Positions 26,108 through 39,569 are shown, counted from the first letter of the stretch. The stretch: DNA of 64,000 nucleotides from Octopus vulgaris (GCA_951406725.2 OX597829.1:37138001-37202000), one strand, 5' to 3'. The notes: generated by a model from the sequence alone, not told the origin. Numbers and translations are program-made.

Positions 26108-26491
26108 GAGTGGCTGTGTGGTAAGTAGATTGCTAACCAACCACATGGTTCCGGGTTCAGTCCCACTGCATGGCATCTTGGGCAAGTGTCTTCTGCTATA
26201 GCCTCAGGCTGGCCAATGCCTTGTGAGTGGATTTGGTAGACGGAAACTGAAAGAAACCTGTCGTATATATGTATATATGTGTGTATTTGTGTCTGTGTTT
26301 GTCCCCCTAGCATTGCTTGACAACCGATGCTGGTGTGTTTATGTCCCCGTTACTTAGCGGTTCGGCAAAAGAGACCGATAGAATAAGTACTGGGCTTACA
26401 AAAGAATAAGTCCCGGGGTCGAGTTGCTCGATTAAAGGCGGTGCTCCAGCATGGCCGCAGTCAAATGACTGAAACAAGTAAAAGAGTAAAG
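26105..26491 (+). mobile_element. Family A SINE in (TA)n
   Basis: Near-identical to 212-615. Confidence 0.85.
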
Positions 26492-28589
26492 TGTATATAT
26501 ATATATGTATATATATAAAATAAAATAAAATATATTATTATTATTATCATATATATATATATATATATATACTTTAATATTTAGCTGTACTTCTGTTTGT
26601 GTGTGTGTGTGTGTGTACGTACATATGTGCACACACACACATATACACACATGTATATCTGGAATATGTAGGGCATAAATCAGAAATGACCATTGTTCAA
26701 ATACAGGTCAATACACAATCATGTAGAGTGCATATTTTATTATTAGTGAGCCTTATGGATCCAGTGGACAGATTAATCAAACTCTTCAAGGAAGAATGCA
26801 CTGGGTGGTTGTGTATTTTTATGCATCACATCTATTTTGTGTGAGTGTATGTGTGTGTGTACAAGGTTAATATTTGTGTGGTGCAGACTTATTTGAAAAT
26901 GGTTAATTTTGCATACCATGTTTGCAACATGTGTGTATGTGCGTGCATAACTTTGAGGGCGTTATGAGTAAAGAGGCAAAGCAGCCTAAATATAATTATA
27001 AAGGAAAGAGAAATGAGAAGAAAACTATTAAAGGAAGTATCAAATTTTAACCATGGTGATGCAATGTTGAATGTCATTACAATCATTTGTGTGTGTGAAA
27101 GAGAGTTAACGTGATTGTCCATGTTATTTAAGTGTATATGTATAGGTAGGTGGGTTTACTGATTGTGTGTGTGTGTGTGTGTTTGTGTTAGATAGTGTGT
27201 GTGTTTCTGCATGTAAAAATATTTGTGTACTCAGCCTGATTTTTATTTGTGAAGCTGCATGTGTGTTTTTACGTTCTTGTTGGTATGTGTAGTGTGTGGA
27301 CATGAAACGTTGTTCATGTCTGTGATACAGGTATACATACACATATATTTATATACTGTTATACAAGCACATAGTAAGATAGCATAAACAATTATTTCTT
27401 TTCCAAATATAGACTTGCATAACAAAATAATAGTTCAAAGTTGATTGAAATCTTTTATACATTATGCAGGGATATTATTTGAATTGCAATGATTTATTAA
27501 GTTACAAATTATATAAGCAGCAACTAGGGGATATGACATTTGTTAAAGGTATTAGATAAAAAGTAATCTAAGAACCAAGTAGTATGAAGAAAAATATTGG
27601 GAGGTGTTAGAAGAGAATTAATAATGCCTAATATAATCTTTAATGTTGCATTACTGAATTAGTATAACAATATTTCCACTTCCCACTATTATTACTTTTG
27701 TATATGAGATGTATCATCTTCCAGTAATATTTGATTAGATCCATATGTGTATTAGTGTCACTCACCTATATAAAATAGTACAGTACCTATAATATTTCAT
27801 TCAAGTTTAAAACCAAACTCCAAATATACTCAGCCAGTATTGTTGAAGACATTGATTTATAATCAATGAATGAATGTTTATGTGTCAAGAATCTATGTTT
27901 TTAAAAACTAGAAGAAGAATCTATTTAGTACTGTCACATGTATAGATATGACATTTGTATACTATATTTTTGCATAGGCATTTCTCATTATGGGGACAGT
28001 CATTACCTATTCCGAAATGACTATTCTTCTTTATCTAGAGATACTGGAATCATCAAAATGACTTCCTCGAGAACTCCTTATTCATCTGGAACTTGTATTC
28101 CAGTCCCACTTGTGTGAGAAACTGCACATGTTCCATTAGCCTGCACTATCATTAATAGAAGAAAACGACCTATTTTACTATTCCCACTGGTGAACTTCAA
28201 GTCTTTGCTTGCTGATAGCTTGGATATACTACCCTAGGCCTAGCTTGCTCACATACTCACAAATATAATAATTGTATACAATTCCTGGTGCCTGTTTACA
28301 TGTTTGTCTTAAACTCATTTGAAATCCAACATTATCAAACAAGTTACCTGTCAGCATTCAAGATTACTAATTGACTGATTGATGCCAACATCCTGTCTAC
28401 TCTACTAATTCTAGTATCCAATGCCAAGTTGTCACTGAATATATTGTCTTGCAGAATGCCAACAAAGTGCACCAGCAGACTGATCTTTTTGGCATCATAG
28501 CAATATCAGTTATTTTATTCTAAGATCTATAGACCTTAAAATAAAATAATTTATATAGATATGTGAGGAAAAACAACCGTGTGATGTGA

Positions 28590-29280
28590 ATTGACAATTG
28601 AGGCATAAATATCGAGAAAACATTTTAATAGCCTACATTCTTACTAAACATCTGATAATTAGGTCACCTTGATAATTGAAATTATCTACCCCTAGAGAGC
28701 ATCTGAAGCATTTGAGAAAATCAATTTCCCATGTGTCTGTAGTCTTTATGGTTCCTGTGCATCTTCCACACACACAAAAACACTACTTTCTCTGTTAACC
28801 TCCCGTGATTCCACTGCACCTCTTATGTGTCTACAGCTTGCACAGGGTACATTATACGGAATTCCTGCCTACACCTTTCCTACATATCGAGCAGGGCCTG
28901 TCTGTTTTCTTGTTTACTAGAACCTTAGTCTTTGCTAAGTTAAATTTAAGGTCCTTTGATACCAGGCTTAACTTCCATACCTGGAATTTCTTTTCCAGTT
29001 TTGTTACAGATTCTGCTGAGAGCAAGATCATCAGCATATAGTAGTTCCCACACAGGCAGTTAGTCATAAATTCCTCTGTTTTGGCCTGGATGATGGTGAT
29101 GAATAGGAGTGGAGTGAGAACCAAGTGCTAATGAACACTTACCTGCACACTCAGTTCATCACTATGTTCTTACCTTACTGGACAGCACCTCTGTATGTGG
29201 CCTGTACAGCTGTAACAAGCCATTTGTCTAGCCCTAACTTCCAGAGACCACAACATCACAGAGTGAAGTACTCTGCCAGA
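28590..29280 (-). mobile_element. RTE-like LINE RT fragment
   Basis: VLTPLLFITIIQA, frameshifted LLYADDL, NLAKTKVL...PCSICRKGVGRNS. Confidence 0.75.
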
Positions 29281-29691
29281 ACAACAAATACTAAATGAAC
29301 TGCAAAGGTATCTTGATTAATAAATTTCATGAGGTCATTGTTACTGCCTGTATCTCATTAGGATCTCACCATAAGCTGCTTTTTCTTCAGATTAGGATTT
29401 CTCAAATATCTTTTATATTATATCTTTTCTTTATTTCTTTTACTTTACTCCCATATTTTTTATATATTTTCTTTAGATTAAGGATTTCTTAAAGATCTTT
29501 TAGATTATATTTTTACTTTATCTATAGTCTCGTTTTTTAAAATTTTATACTTCATCTCATTTGGAGATTTTGACCAAGACTACATCCTAGACTATTGGTT
29601 ATGATTTTCTTTTAATTTGGAATTTCTTAATTATCTTTTACTTTTCTTTTTAATTATGGTCTCATATTTTTACAATATTTGTTACTTTAAT

Positions 29692-30024
29692 TTCGTTTTT
29701 GGATTTGGTCTGCAAGATTCTTTATATGAGTTCATGTGTTGAAGCATATTCTGTTGTGTCTGGGGAGAGTCATTCTCTTTTAGTGCCTTATTATTTAACA
29801 CACTCACCGGTAAAATTTCCACTTATTTTTTATTTTTATTTTCTAAAATTTTTGTTGCGTCTTGCAACCTTTTCAATAGTCTTGACTCTCAAGACTATTG
29901 AAAAGGTCGCAAGACGCAATGAAAATAGAAGACTATTGAAAAGGTTGCAAGACGCAACGAAAATTTTTTTCGAAAATAAAAATAAGAAATAAGTGGAAAT
30001 TTTACCGGTGAGTGTGTTAAATAA
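29692..30024. mobile_element. Short fold-back retroelement with three U3-A8 hammerhead-like units and a 12-bp TSD
   Basis: TSD TGTTACTTTAAT at 29680-29691 and 30025-30036; inverted arms centred ~29887; same family as 48434-48655. Confidence 0.8.
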
Positions 30025-31149
30025 TGTTACTTTAATGTTTATCTTATTTTTTATTCTATATTTTTATATTTTGTATTTATAATTTTATGTTATCTTATTT
30101 TACTGTATCTTTTATTTAAAATTCTACTTTTCACTTTTTATATTTTTATATATATTTTATAACTGGTATTGAGCACATATCCATCACTAGCTATTAGTAA
30201 TACTCTTTCCTCATTATCTGACACTCAGAACTACACTCAGTCTAGATACCTCTGTCTACGTAATTTTGTGTTATTTTTTTTATAAATGCATACTACTACC
30301 TTCTATATTACTATATTTTGTATTATTTTCTAAACTGTTATATTTTTCTCTCTTTGTAATACTCTTATGCCATCTAACCCCAATAACTATGCTTCATTAC
30401 CCACTATTGCCTGATCATTTTGTGTTAAAGTATTCCTATTCTCTGAGTGAGTATGTATTTTTCTGTGTATGTATATAAAGATGTGCACATTTGTGTAAAT
30501 TCATATATGCATGTTCAGGTGTGTAATGATATATGTAAGTGTGTGTGTATGTGTGTGTGTGTGTATGCATGTGTTTATGTATGTGTGTGTGTGTATATTT
30601 ATATGTAATGTTCCAGCATGGCCACATTAAGGTGGAGGTGGTTCTTCAACATGGCCACAGTCAATGACTGAAACAAGAAAAAAGTATATATATATCATCA
30701 TAACCATCATCATCATTGTTTAATGTTTTCCATGCTGGCATGAGTTGAATAGTTTGACAGGAGCAGTCCAAACTACAGTTGTCTTCTGTGGCATGGTTTC
30801 TATGGCTGGATGCCTTTCTAATGCCAGCCATTTTATAGAGTATGTTGAGTGCTCTTTATGCACCATTGGCAGGGATACATTTATATGGCACCAACACAAG
30901 GTCATTTTATGTGGCACTGGCACCTGTAAGACAAAGACCTCTCTTGGCTGGGAGAGGGAGGGGCAAAGCCAAAATGGACATGCATGTATAATGGATGGCC
31001 ACATATATCATCATCATCATTGTTTAATGTCCTCTAAGCTATATTTCCCTTCTTCCTCCTCCTCCTCCTCCTCTCTGTCATCAGAGGCTTCCATTATCTT
31101 CTTTTTCAGTATGGTTTGGTTCTCCAAGTCTTTCTAGCCCTAATTCTGA

Positions 31150-31900
31150 AGTCAATAACTAGTAGCCTGTTGGGGTGTACACTCTACACCTGGGAAAGAC
31201 TTTGCATTTGTGAGCATCTGCCTATCTCATTGTCTGGTGAGGATGTGGCTGACCTGGCTTATATTCCCACCAGACTGATATGTGATTAGGTGGTTGACTG
31301 GTTTGCTGAAGTTAGTGTTGCAGATCATGAGATCATTTGTGTCACAGAACTCCAGTAGCCTTGTTCCTTCCTCATTCCTGGAGCCAAAGTCATAACCACC
31401 ATGCACACCATAGGATACATGGGAATGCTGCCCAACATGTCCATTAAAGTCACCAGCCTAGTAACTAAGTCACTGACATTTGTTGTTGAGATAGTCTGCA
31501 AAAGGACCTCATAGAATTGGTCCTTCTGGTTACCAGCCGGCCCAGCCCAGCCTGTGAAGCATAGTCATAGATAAATGTAGCTGTTAATTTATCTATGGTA
31601 AGTAGCAACTTAATAACCCTATCGCATACTCTGACTACCTCAATTACCTTATCTACCCATTTTTTTTGCTAAGAGTATGCCAACACTATTCACTCTATCA
31701 CTTCTGCCTATCCCAAAGAATTTGAACCTCTGTTTCTTACCCATGGGGAATCTAGCAGAAGCCCCCTTCAATCTCACTTCTTGCACACTACACACATGGC
31801 TATGACAACACTCCATTTCAATAATCTCACCAGATTTCCCTTTCATTATGCTAACATTGATGGTTGCAGCTCTAAAATTATGTACTTGGGAGGGGACAAT
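31150..31900 (-). mobile_element. RTE-like LINE AP-endonuclease fragment
   Basis: ATINVS.MKGKSGEI...VQEVRLKG, VGILLAKK, GDFNGHVG and SQIDY-like residues. Confidence 0.75.
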
Positions 31901-32632
31901 GTGAAGGTAGTTGTTGTGGGGCTTTTGTGTTTATAAACTTAGAGTTCTATATTGTTTTCAGTTGAGCTTCTTTTGTTCTCTTTTCTGTTCAGTGAATATT
32001 GTATATATGTAAGTATGCATGTGTGTGTTGTCTGCATGCAAGTGTGTGAACATGTATATGGTTATGTGTATATGGATGTTTGTGTGTGCATGTACATATA
32101 TATATGTGTGTGTGTGTATTTATATGATCATAAATAAATATGTGTATGTATGTAGGTGTATGTGTGTATACATATACAAGTATGCGTTTTAGTATGTGTG
32201 TATATGCATACATGTGTATATATATATATGTGTAGGTCTATGTATTGATCTTTGTATGTGTGTGTGTATATATATATGTTTGAAAACAAACCCTTGTGTG
32301 AATAAACGTATTTCTTTTAAGTTTGATGAATACGGCATGTATGTGTGTCTGTATGTATAATGCGCTAAGCTATCTTGGCATTGTAATTAAGCATGTGTGA
32401 ATAGATGGAAGCTCATCCGTGTTGGTGTGTGTATTTATGTATGTCTGTGAGTGTGTGTGGTTTGGATGTAAATGTGCTAGGAATGGGATGGGTGTGGTCA
32501 TAGTGTGGACATTCTTTTACTAGTCTCTAGTCTGTTTATTCCAGCTGCTAAATGTCACCATAAAAATTATTAAATGGCTTGTTGTTCTGTGATAAATGCT
32601 TTGATCTAGAACTGCTAACCAACTTTATTTTG

Positions 32633-33728
32633 TGCTGTGGAAGGATACTGATCACCCCCACATAACCAAAAGTGGACCGACTCATTTCTGTAAAATAAAG
32701 AAACTGTCAGCATTTGACATTGTTGATTGTTCATATTGGATGACTGTGTTAGTTTAATATTGTACCTATGTTCGGCATAGTCAGAGTACGTTCTGCATGA
32801 TCATATTAATTTTGCAAAAGGTTATTCTAGATAACCGTATCCAAATATTTATTTGGGTAATACTATTCCTACACCCTTGCGCACATTCCAACTATGTCAT
32901 AACCCAATTGGCAGTGAAGATATTCGAACCCAGGCTGGATAGATTGTTGTTTTCAACATGGAAGAATTATTGGCATCAGTAATTGAATCACACAGAAACA
33001 ACAGCAGCAATGACAGCAATTAGTGGAATTGCAAAAGCAACAGAAACTACTAATACAGTTGCTACTCAACAAAACAGAAAATATATTGACATTGTTCAGC
33101 CCTGATATGGTCACAAACGCCATCAGTGAATTCACATATAACTTAGATGAGGATATTAGCTTTCCTGTGTACTACAGAAGGCATGAGGAGATTTTTAAAG
33201 CAAGATGAAACAAAAACCCAACTTTTGTTGAGGAAGTTGTCCCCAGCTGAGCACAAAAAATACTATAACTACATATTACCAAACAGACCAGAGGAAGTCT
33301 GTTTTAAAGAAACTGTTAATACACTTTCAAAGATTTTCAACTTTATCTAATACACACTGGCAATGATGAATATTACAAAAAATTAGACCCCAAGCATAAG
33401 AAATATTAAACTCTGGATGGAGTTTAATTCGCAGAAAGGGGAGATGTTTTAGAAAGATCCTGACCACCCCCACATGTTCAAAAGTGGACTGACACATTTC
33501 AGTAAAATAAAATAAAGAAACTGTGAACTATCAGCTGTTGACAGTATTGATTGTTTGTATTGGATTACAGTATTAGTTTAATATTGTACCTATATTTTTG
33601 ACATAGTATGGAGTATATTCTGTGTAAACATATTAATTCTGCAAAAGGTTATTCTAGATAACCATATCCAAACATTTATTTGGGTAATACTATTCCTACA
33701 CCCAATCCACACAAATCACATCATAAAA
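32633..33728 (+). mobile_element. Internally deleted Gypsy-type LTR retrotransposon (two ~275-bp LTRs, gag stub)
   Basis: LTRs 32633-~32906 and 33445-33728, 5-bp TSD TTTTG, PBS-like TGGCAGTGAAG, PPT AGAAAGGGGAGA, gag-like LLLRKLSPAEHKKYYNYILP. Confidence 0.85.
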
Positions 33729-36486
33729 TTTTGATTCATTTCTATACCTTTTATTATGAGTGTCTTCAATATTAAAAGAAATATAACTGAATGCATTCAG
33801 TGTTTGGTTTATTTACATATTGTAAACATGCCCAAAAAGTTTGTCCCAAAATGAATTAGGCTGATTGTGCCTTCAAATCATGACATCTGAAGAAGGGAAA
33901 GAACTATACAAATATTACTATATATTTTTATATATTATGGCATGTATTACATAACATTATATATATTGCATAACACTGTATCAGATATGGAATAAATAAT
34001 ATTATTCATTTACAGAAACAATTATAATGTCAATAAGAGAATATTGTAGTTCGCTTGAAGCATTGTGTATTGAGAAATGGGACAGAGAGAGAGGAGATAA
34101 GATCGACCTCTGCATGTACAAGCAGTATTCTTAACTAAATTCCTTTGTTATAGTGTACACAACTATAATGAATAGGGAAGAACTGAGAATCAAATTCATT
34201 CCCTATACTCTAAATTCATTGCTATACTTATTGTTAACTTGCACCTTATTGAAAGTATCTCTGTACATGGCTTTAATTCTCTCACAAGCCTTTTTTCTAG
34301 CTTCCTTGAAAATCACCAGATCACAACGTGATGGACTCTGTTCAAGATTGAATGCAAAGTACAATGACTTATTTTCAGCTAAATATTTCTCCTGTAGTTG
34401 TTCACTAAAATGACATCAGTATTACATCTCCCACTCACAAAACTAAATTTTATCTCATCAACTCTAATTTTGTTCCTAATTAATTCGGGTTATAATTCTT
34501 CATAACTTTCGTGATCTAGTCTGGCAGTTTCATCTTTCTACAATTTCTTGTAAAGTATCTTCTTTACCCTAGTTAACAGCTGACTATGATGCTGCTTCAC
34601 CAATCATTAGATATGTGTATGTGAATATTTCTGGAGAGAAGCAGGGTTGATTTATCAGCGGGTGATTGGAAACAAGTAACTCTGATTAATGAAAATGGGA
34701 ACCTTTCAGTTACTTTTGTGCTGAATCCTGTCATTTACTGCTTCTAATGAATCATCAGAGATTTGTATGTATCTGTATGTATATGTGTGAGATGACAAAG
34801 GTAAAAAAAACAGTTATTTTATGAAATTCAATAGCTTACAGTTGTTTCTGCTATAAGATGCTGCACGGAATTTTGTCAGAGAACAGGTCGCGGTCTCAAA
34901 GCAATAAAAATATTTTGACAAATTAAATTTAAATGTTGAAGTAAATCTAACGGATTTTGTGTGTTTCTTAAGTGGCTCATAAACATCTTCCATGCTGCAA
35001 TTGTTTATTATATATTATATATGTACTGTGTACAATTAGATGTATGATCACTACTGTATGAGTTTCACTTCATGTAGATTATCATTATACAATATTATAC
35101 AATCAGTCTCCAGTATAGTAGTTATTCTCCACTGTACTTAGTGGTGATACTAGTTATGGTATACAGATCACGGGGCTCAACATTAGACGTTCCAAATGTA
35201 TTTGGATGCCTAACTGCAATGGCTCAGCAAGGGAACAATGTTACATTCTTTTAGAGATCAGATATTTGTTCTCTATAATAAAATGTTCCTCCAATGATCT
35301 GTTGTGATGAAGCATCCAAATGCACTTGGAACATCCAGCGCTGAGTTTCAACTGCAATGGTGAAATGTACATAGGAACTAATAATTATACTTATGTTTGT
35401 CTTAATTTTTCCATGTATAAGATGTGTGTGTGCGTGTGTGTCTGTAGACTAATTTGCCCATCTAAATCAGATATTGGTAAGATTAATAAATTTATTATGA
35501 TTATTGATAAGCATTTCCCTAAGCTTAGACAAAATGTTAATTTAATTTATGTTTTTAGTCTAATTTCTTGGAAGTAATTGATTGGTTCAATAATATTAAG
35601 GATAAAAAAAAAACATACTAAATCTGTTCTGTTGGATATATCAAATTATTTTTCATCCATTAACCTTTTACTTCTCAATAAAGCCTTAATTTTTGTGATG
35701 AAGAATTCAAATTTATTCAAACATGAAGTTGCCATTATACTAATAGCTAGGAAGACCATAACAGAATTCAATGGAAAGTACTGGACTAGGACCAATAGAT
35801 CTGATTATTTTGACATTACTATGGGGTCCAGCAACTCCACTCAAGTAACTGATTTAGTGGACATGTACATTCTTAACTGTATACATAGTGAATTTCTTGA
35901 ATTAGTGGGTGGATTATATACAGATGATGTTCTTTTCACTATCCATATATCTAGTAAGGACCCAGAAGAAACTTGTTAAATTCTTTATCTCCATATTCTC
36001 TATTCTTTATCTCCAATTCTCTATCTCCATAGAAAATGATTATACTAAAGTTAACTTCCTCTGGATTTAAAGTTACTCTGGATTTAAGTACAGAACTATA
36101 CCAACCATATCATAAACTGAATGAGTGCTTGAGGTATGTGAATAAAAATTGTAATCTTAGAAGCATCATAAATTCTATCCTTGAAAATATATTAACTCAT
36201 ATTTCAAAGCTTTCTACTAATATGGATGTATTTGCACAAAATGAAAATCACTATAAACCACTCATTATCTAAGCTGGGTATAATGAAAAAATTTACTATA
36301 TCCACAATCAAAATATTAATAAAGTTCCCAGTAATGATAGGATATTAAATATGCTGTAACTTGATACTGAGTGCAATAAAAGTAAATACATCAAGGAATC
36401 TTATTTAAGTAAACTAAGTAATAGCATGAATAAGGATAGAAATATGATCAGTAAAGAAGGAAGTATTGAAAATAAACATATTAATA

Positions 36487-36986
36487 CTAGCAGTATCGCC
36501 CGGCGTTGCTCGGGTTTGCAAGGGAAATAACTATATAAGCATTTTTAGAGAGTGCCAATTTGGGCTTTCTTAGCCATTTCTGTTTTGGTGTCTTCAAGCC
36601 ATGGAGTCGTTGTTCTAAAAGAACGCTGGTCTCCTTGACAACGCATTACGACGTTGATTTCCTTACACTCCCTTCCCCACAGCTTCACGAGGGAGGAAGA
36701 AGGGGGAGAAGCAAACACTGGTGCAGGTGTTTGAGCGTGGACGCCAACTCCGCCGCCATCGACACACGAAAAATTATGCATTAAAATGGAATAAAAAATG
36801 ATGTTAAATTATTTTTAAAATCGTAGACTCATCGTAGACGCGCGCTAATAGCCAGACGGGCTCGATATGAATCACGACTATAAGATACCCGAATTTGGTT
36901 AAACTGCACCGCAAAATGTGGGAGGAGTTAGGAATCTAAATCGAAGGGGACAGACACTCACACAGCTACAGTTTTATATATATAGA
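36487..36986 (-). mobile_element. Non-autonomous Helitron (~500 bp)
   Basis: Reverse complement of 2212-2723 with intact TC and CTAG termini and an A|T target. Confidence 0.85.
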
Positions 36987-37059
36987 TTAACAAGCATAAA
37001 TTTAACTCTGTAGATACTAAACATATGATTGGAATAAACATTAATAATATTAGCAACAA

Positions 37060-37362
37060 ATGGAAGTCTCCAGGAAAAGATGAAGATTCCTAACTTCAGG
37101 TCGAATGCCTTCCCAAGGAGTCATGAATTGCTAACGAAACATTACAACAATGTTTTGCTACAACCTTGTATGATTCTTGGCTAGTTAATGGTGTTACTTC
37201 CAAGAAGTAATGGTGTTACTTCCAAGAAGTAATGGTGTTACTTCCAAGAAGTAATGGTGTTACTTCCAAAAAATGAAGAAATAAATGAACCAAAAAAAGT
37301 ATAGACCCATAATCTGCTTAACAACACTGTATAAAATACTAACATCTGTCTTGACTGAATGA
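37060..37362 (+). mobile_element. R4/Dong-like RT fragment with an internal 21-bp tandem repeat
   Basis: KWKSPGKD...YRPIICLTTLYKILTS; (AATGGTGTTACTTCCAAGAAGT-like) unit x~4 at 37187-37269. Confidence 0.65.
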
Positions 37363-37365
37363 ATA

Positions 37366-37897
37366 TGCAGTTCTATATTTAAGAGATGAGGAATTATGTA
37401 CGTTATTTACATTATTTAGATTTGTTGGTTATTTGTCCTCATCTTGTTTGTTGTTAACACAACATTTTGGCTGATATACCCTCCAGCCTTCATCAGGTGT
37501 CTTGGGGAAATTTGCTTGTCAATTGTTTGACCATAACCAAATGAGTATGTCCCTTAGTGGCTGACAATATGTGCATCTCTGATTACCAGCAGAAGTAGTG
37601 GGGCTGCATCATTGCCATGTGTTGAGAGGAATTGTTTGGGGTTTGGATAATTCACTTCTGGAAACATGGATGTTTTGTTCAACATCCTTAAACAACCCTT
37701 ATTATTTTGACCCAAATTCTAACTGCAAAGTCATGCGCTATTTATCTTGATATGAGATCACCATATTGTGCACATATGGTTATGATGTATGTATCTGGTG
37801 TGCCCTTATTAGATGGGTAGTCATGATGGGTATACTGGGCTTTGTATATTTTACCCTAGTGTTACTTTGATGGCATGCACTGCTCTCTTACTCAGTA
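37366..37897 (-). mobile_element. PLE 3' fragment with hammerhead motif (37456-37501)
   Basis: Minus strand GACAC-CUGAUGA-A-GGCUG(GAGGGUAUAU)CAGCC-[A]AAA-UGUU-GUGUU. Confidence 0.65.
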
Positions 37898-38506
37898 ATT
37901 ATGAATGTAAGTATATGTGTAACTTAAAGCATAAAAGTTACAGCAAGAGAACATCTAATTCTAGAATTAAGAATTATAAACATGTTGATAATGTTAATAT
38001 TAAGAAAAATGTATATATAAATAATAGAAAAACTAAATCAAGGAATATTATCTGGTATAATGGAAATTCTTTGCTGTACTGGATAAATATTTCTCTCCTT
38101 CAAGTAAGTACAGGAAATTGTTTAATTGCCATTTAGTAAAAGTTTCCTATTTTACCACTAGAGATGATTGCAGCACATAACAAAAGTAACATCAGTATCT
38201 CAATTCAAAACTAGTAAACATGAGCAGATCCAATAGTGTAAATAGGGAAATTAGCTCTATTAATAATCTTCATGAACTAGATTTTGGTATTTTAGGTAAA
38301 AGTAATTCCGACTGTGAAAATGATAAAAGCTTTAAAATAACACCTAGTAACAATATTGGTCATAATACAGCTAATAATCCTGCTTTAACACCTACTTCTG
38401 TTTACCATGAGTATCACATACAAGTAAATAAATGCCTTTGTAATTTCAAAAACAAACTTGTGACCTTTAGAAAATCAGTGTTCAAGTAAAAATATAGTGT
38501 ATTGAA

Positions 38507-38573
38507 TTAGCGAATTACAGGAGATTGAATCAGGGAATTACAGGAGATTGAACCAGGGAATTACAGGAGATTG
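38507..38573. repeat. 22-bp tandem repeat x3
   Basis: GAATTACAGGAGATTGAAYCAGG-like units. Confidence 0.85.
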
Positions 38574-39569
38574 TATGTATTATGGCATCTGTTGTTTTTC
38601 TACAATTTGGAAATCTAGATAACATAACCATACTCCTTCATTTAAATTTAGAAGAAAATGTAATTCTATGAATCTTGTTAAATGCATTTAGGATTTAAAA
38701 GATATGTACATTAACTATGATTTGAAGTGGGTTGTTATTAGTTATGCACCATCATACAATGCTGGTAACTTAAAATTTGATCTTTGCCTTGAGGAAATGT
38801 ATTCTAAATTAGAATTGTTAAATTAAACTATAAATAAAACTTTACATTGAAATGTTCTCATAAACATAGAACATTATTTAAATATTTCAGAAAGATTATG
38901 CATATTAGTTTATAAATTTAATATGCATAATTTTTCTAAAGATTTTTTTTTACCATATTTAAAAGGTAGATAACTAATTGTTGTGAGGTAGAATTTCTAT
39001 TAACTAATTATTGTGTAATAGAATTTCTATGTTTATTTTTTATTCTTTCATTATCTACTGACTTCATCAAAAGTTAAATACAAAACTGGTTTTTCTTAGA
39101 ACATATTTCTTCTTAATGTTTTTTTTCTTCTTTGTATGCGTTAATCTATTGGAGATATTTTCTTAGTTTGCTTTGAATTTAGCCCATTTTTGATTGCCTT
39201 GATAAATATGTTAGTATATATTTTCAGATATATTAATTTGACTGGTATTTCATACCTTTTTCTCTATCTAAATATGCTGGCACTATAGAAATGATCATTG
39301 ATAATGTATGGTATAATCATCAATTAAAGATGTGATTTTTCTCCATTCTTGTTCTTGTTGTCTTCTACTCTGAATTTCTTGAAATCCATTTTAGTGATAT
39401 TTGGATTTACTTGTTGAGTTATACATGTTGAATGACGTTCTACTTGAATTCATTGGAATCTGATTGTTTGATATAACTAACCAGATTCATTTAACACTGC
39501 TGACTCGGTTACCTAGGTTACAGAAAGACACCAAACCCCCACCCCCACCCCCCAGATATTTGAGGGCAC

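Larger units (their letters stand above)
35440..38900 (+). mobile_element. Penelope-like element fossil (Naiad/Chlamys-type motifs), interrupted by later insertions
   Basis: FDITMGS...GGLYTDD RT core, VTLDLSTELYQPYHK...YVN thumb region, C-terminal YDLKW...DLCLEE...KCSH motifs. Confidence 0.7.

Noticed and set aside
37187-38573. Short direct-repeat arrays resembling CRISPR
   Set aside because: Head-to-tail 21-22-bp duplications without spacers, in eukaryotic TE fossils, with no cas genes
35440-38900. Selenocysteine-coding Naiad with SECIS
   Set aside because: Too decayed; I saw no conserved in-frame TGA at Cys positions and no convincing SECIS
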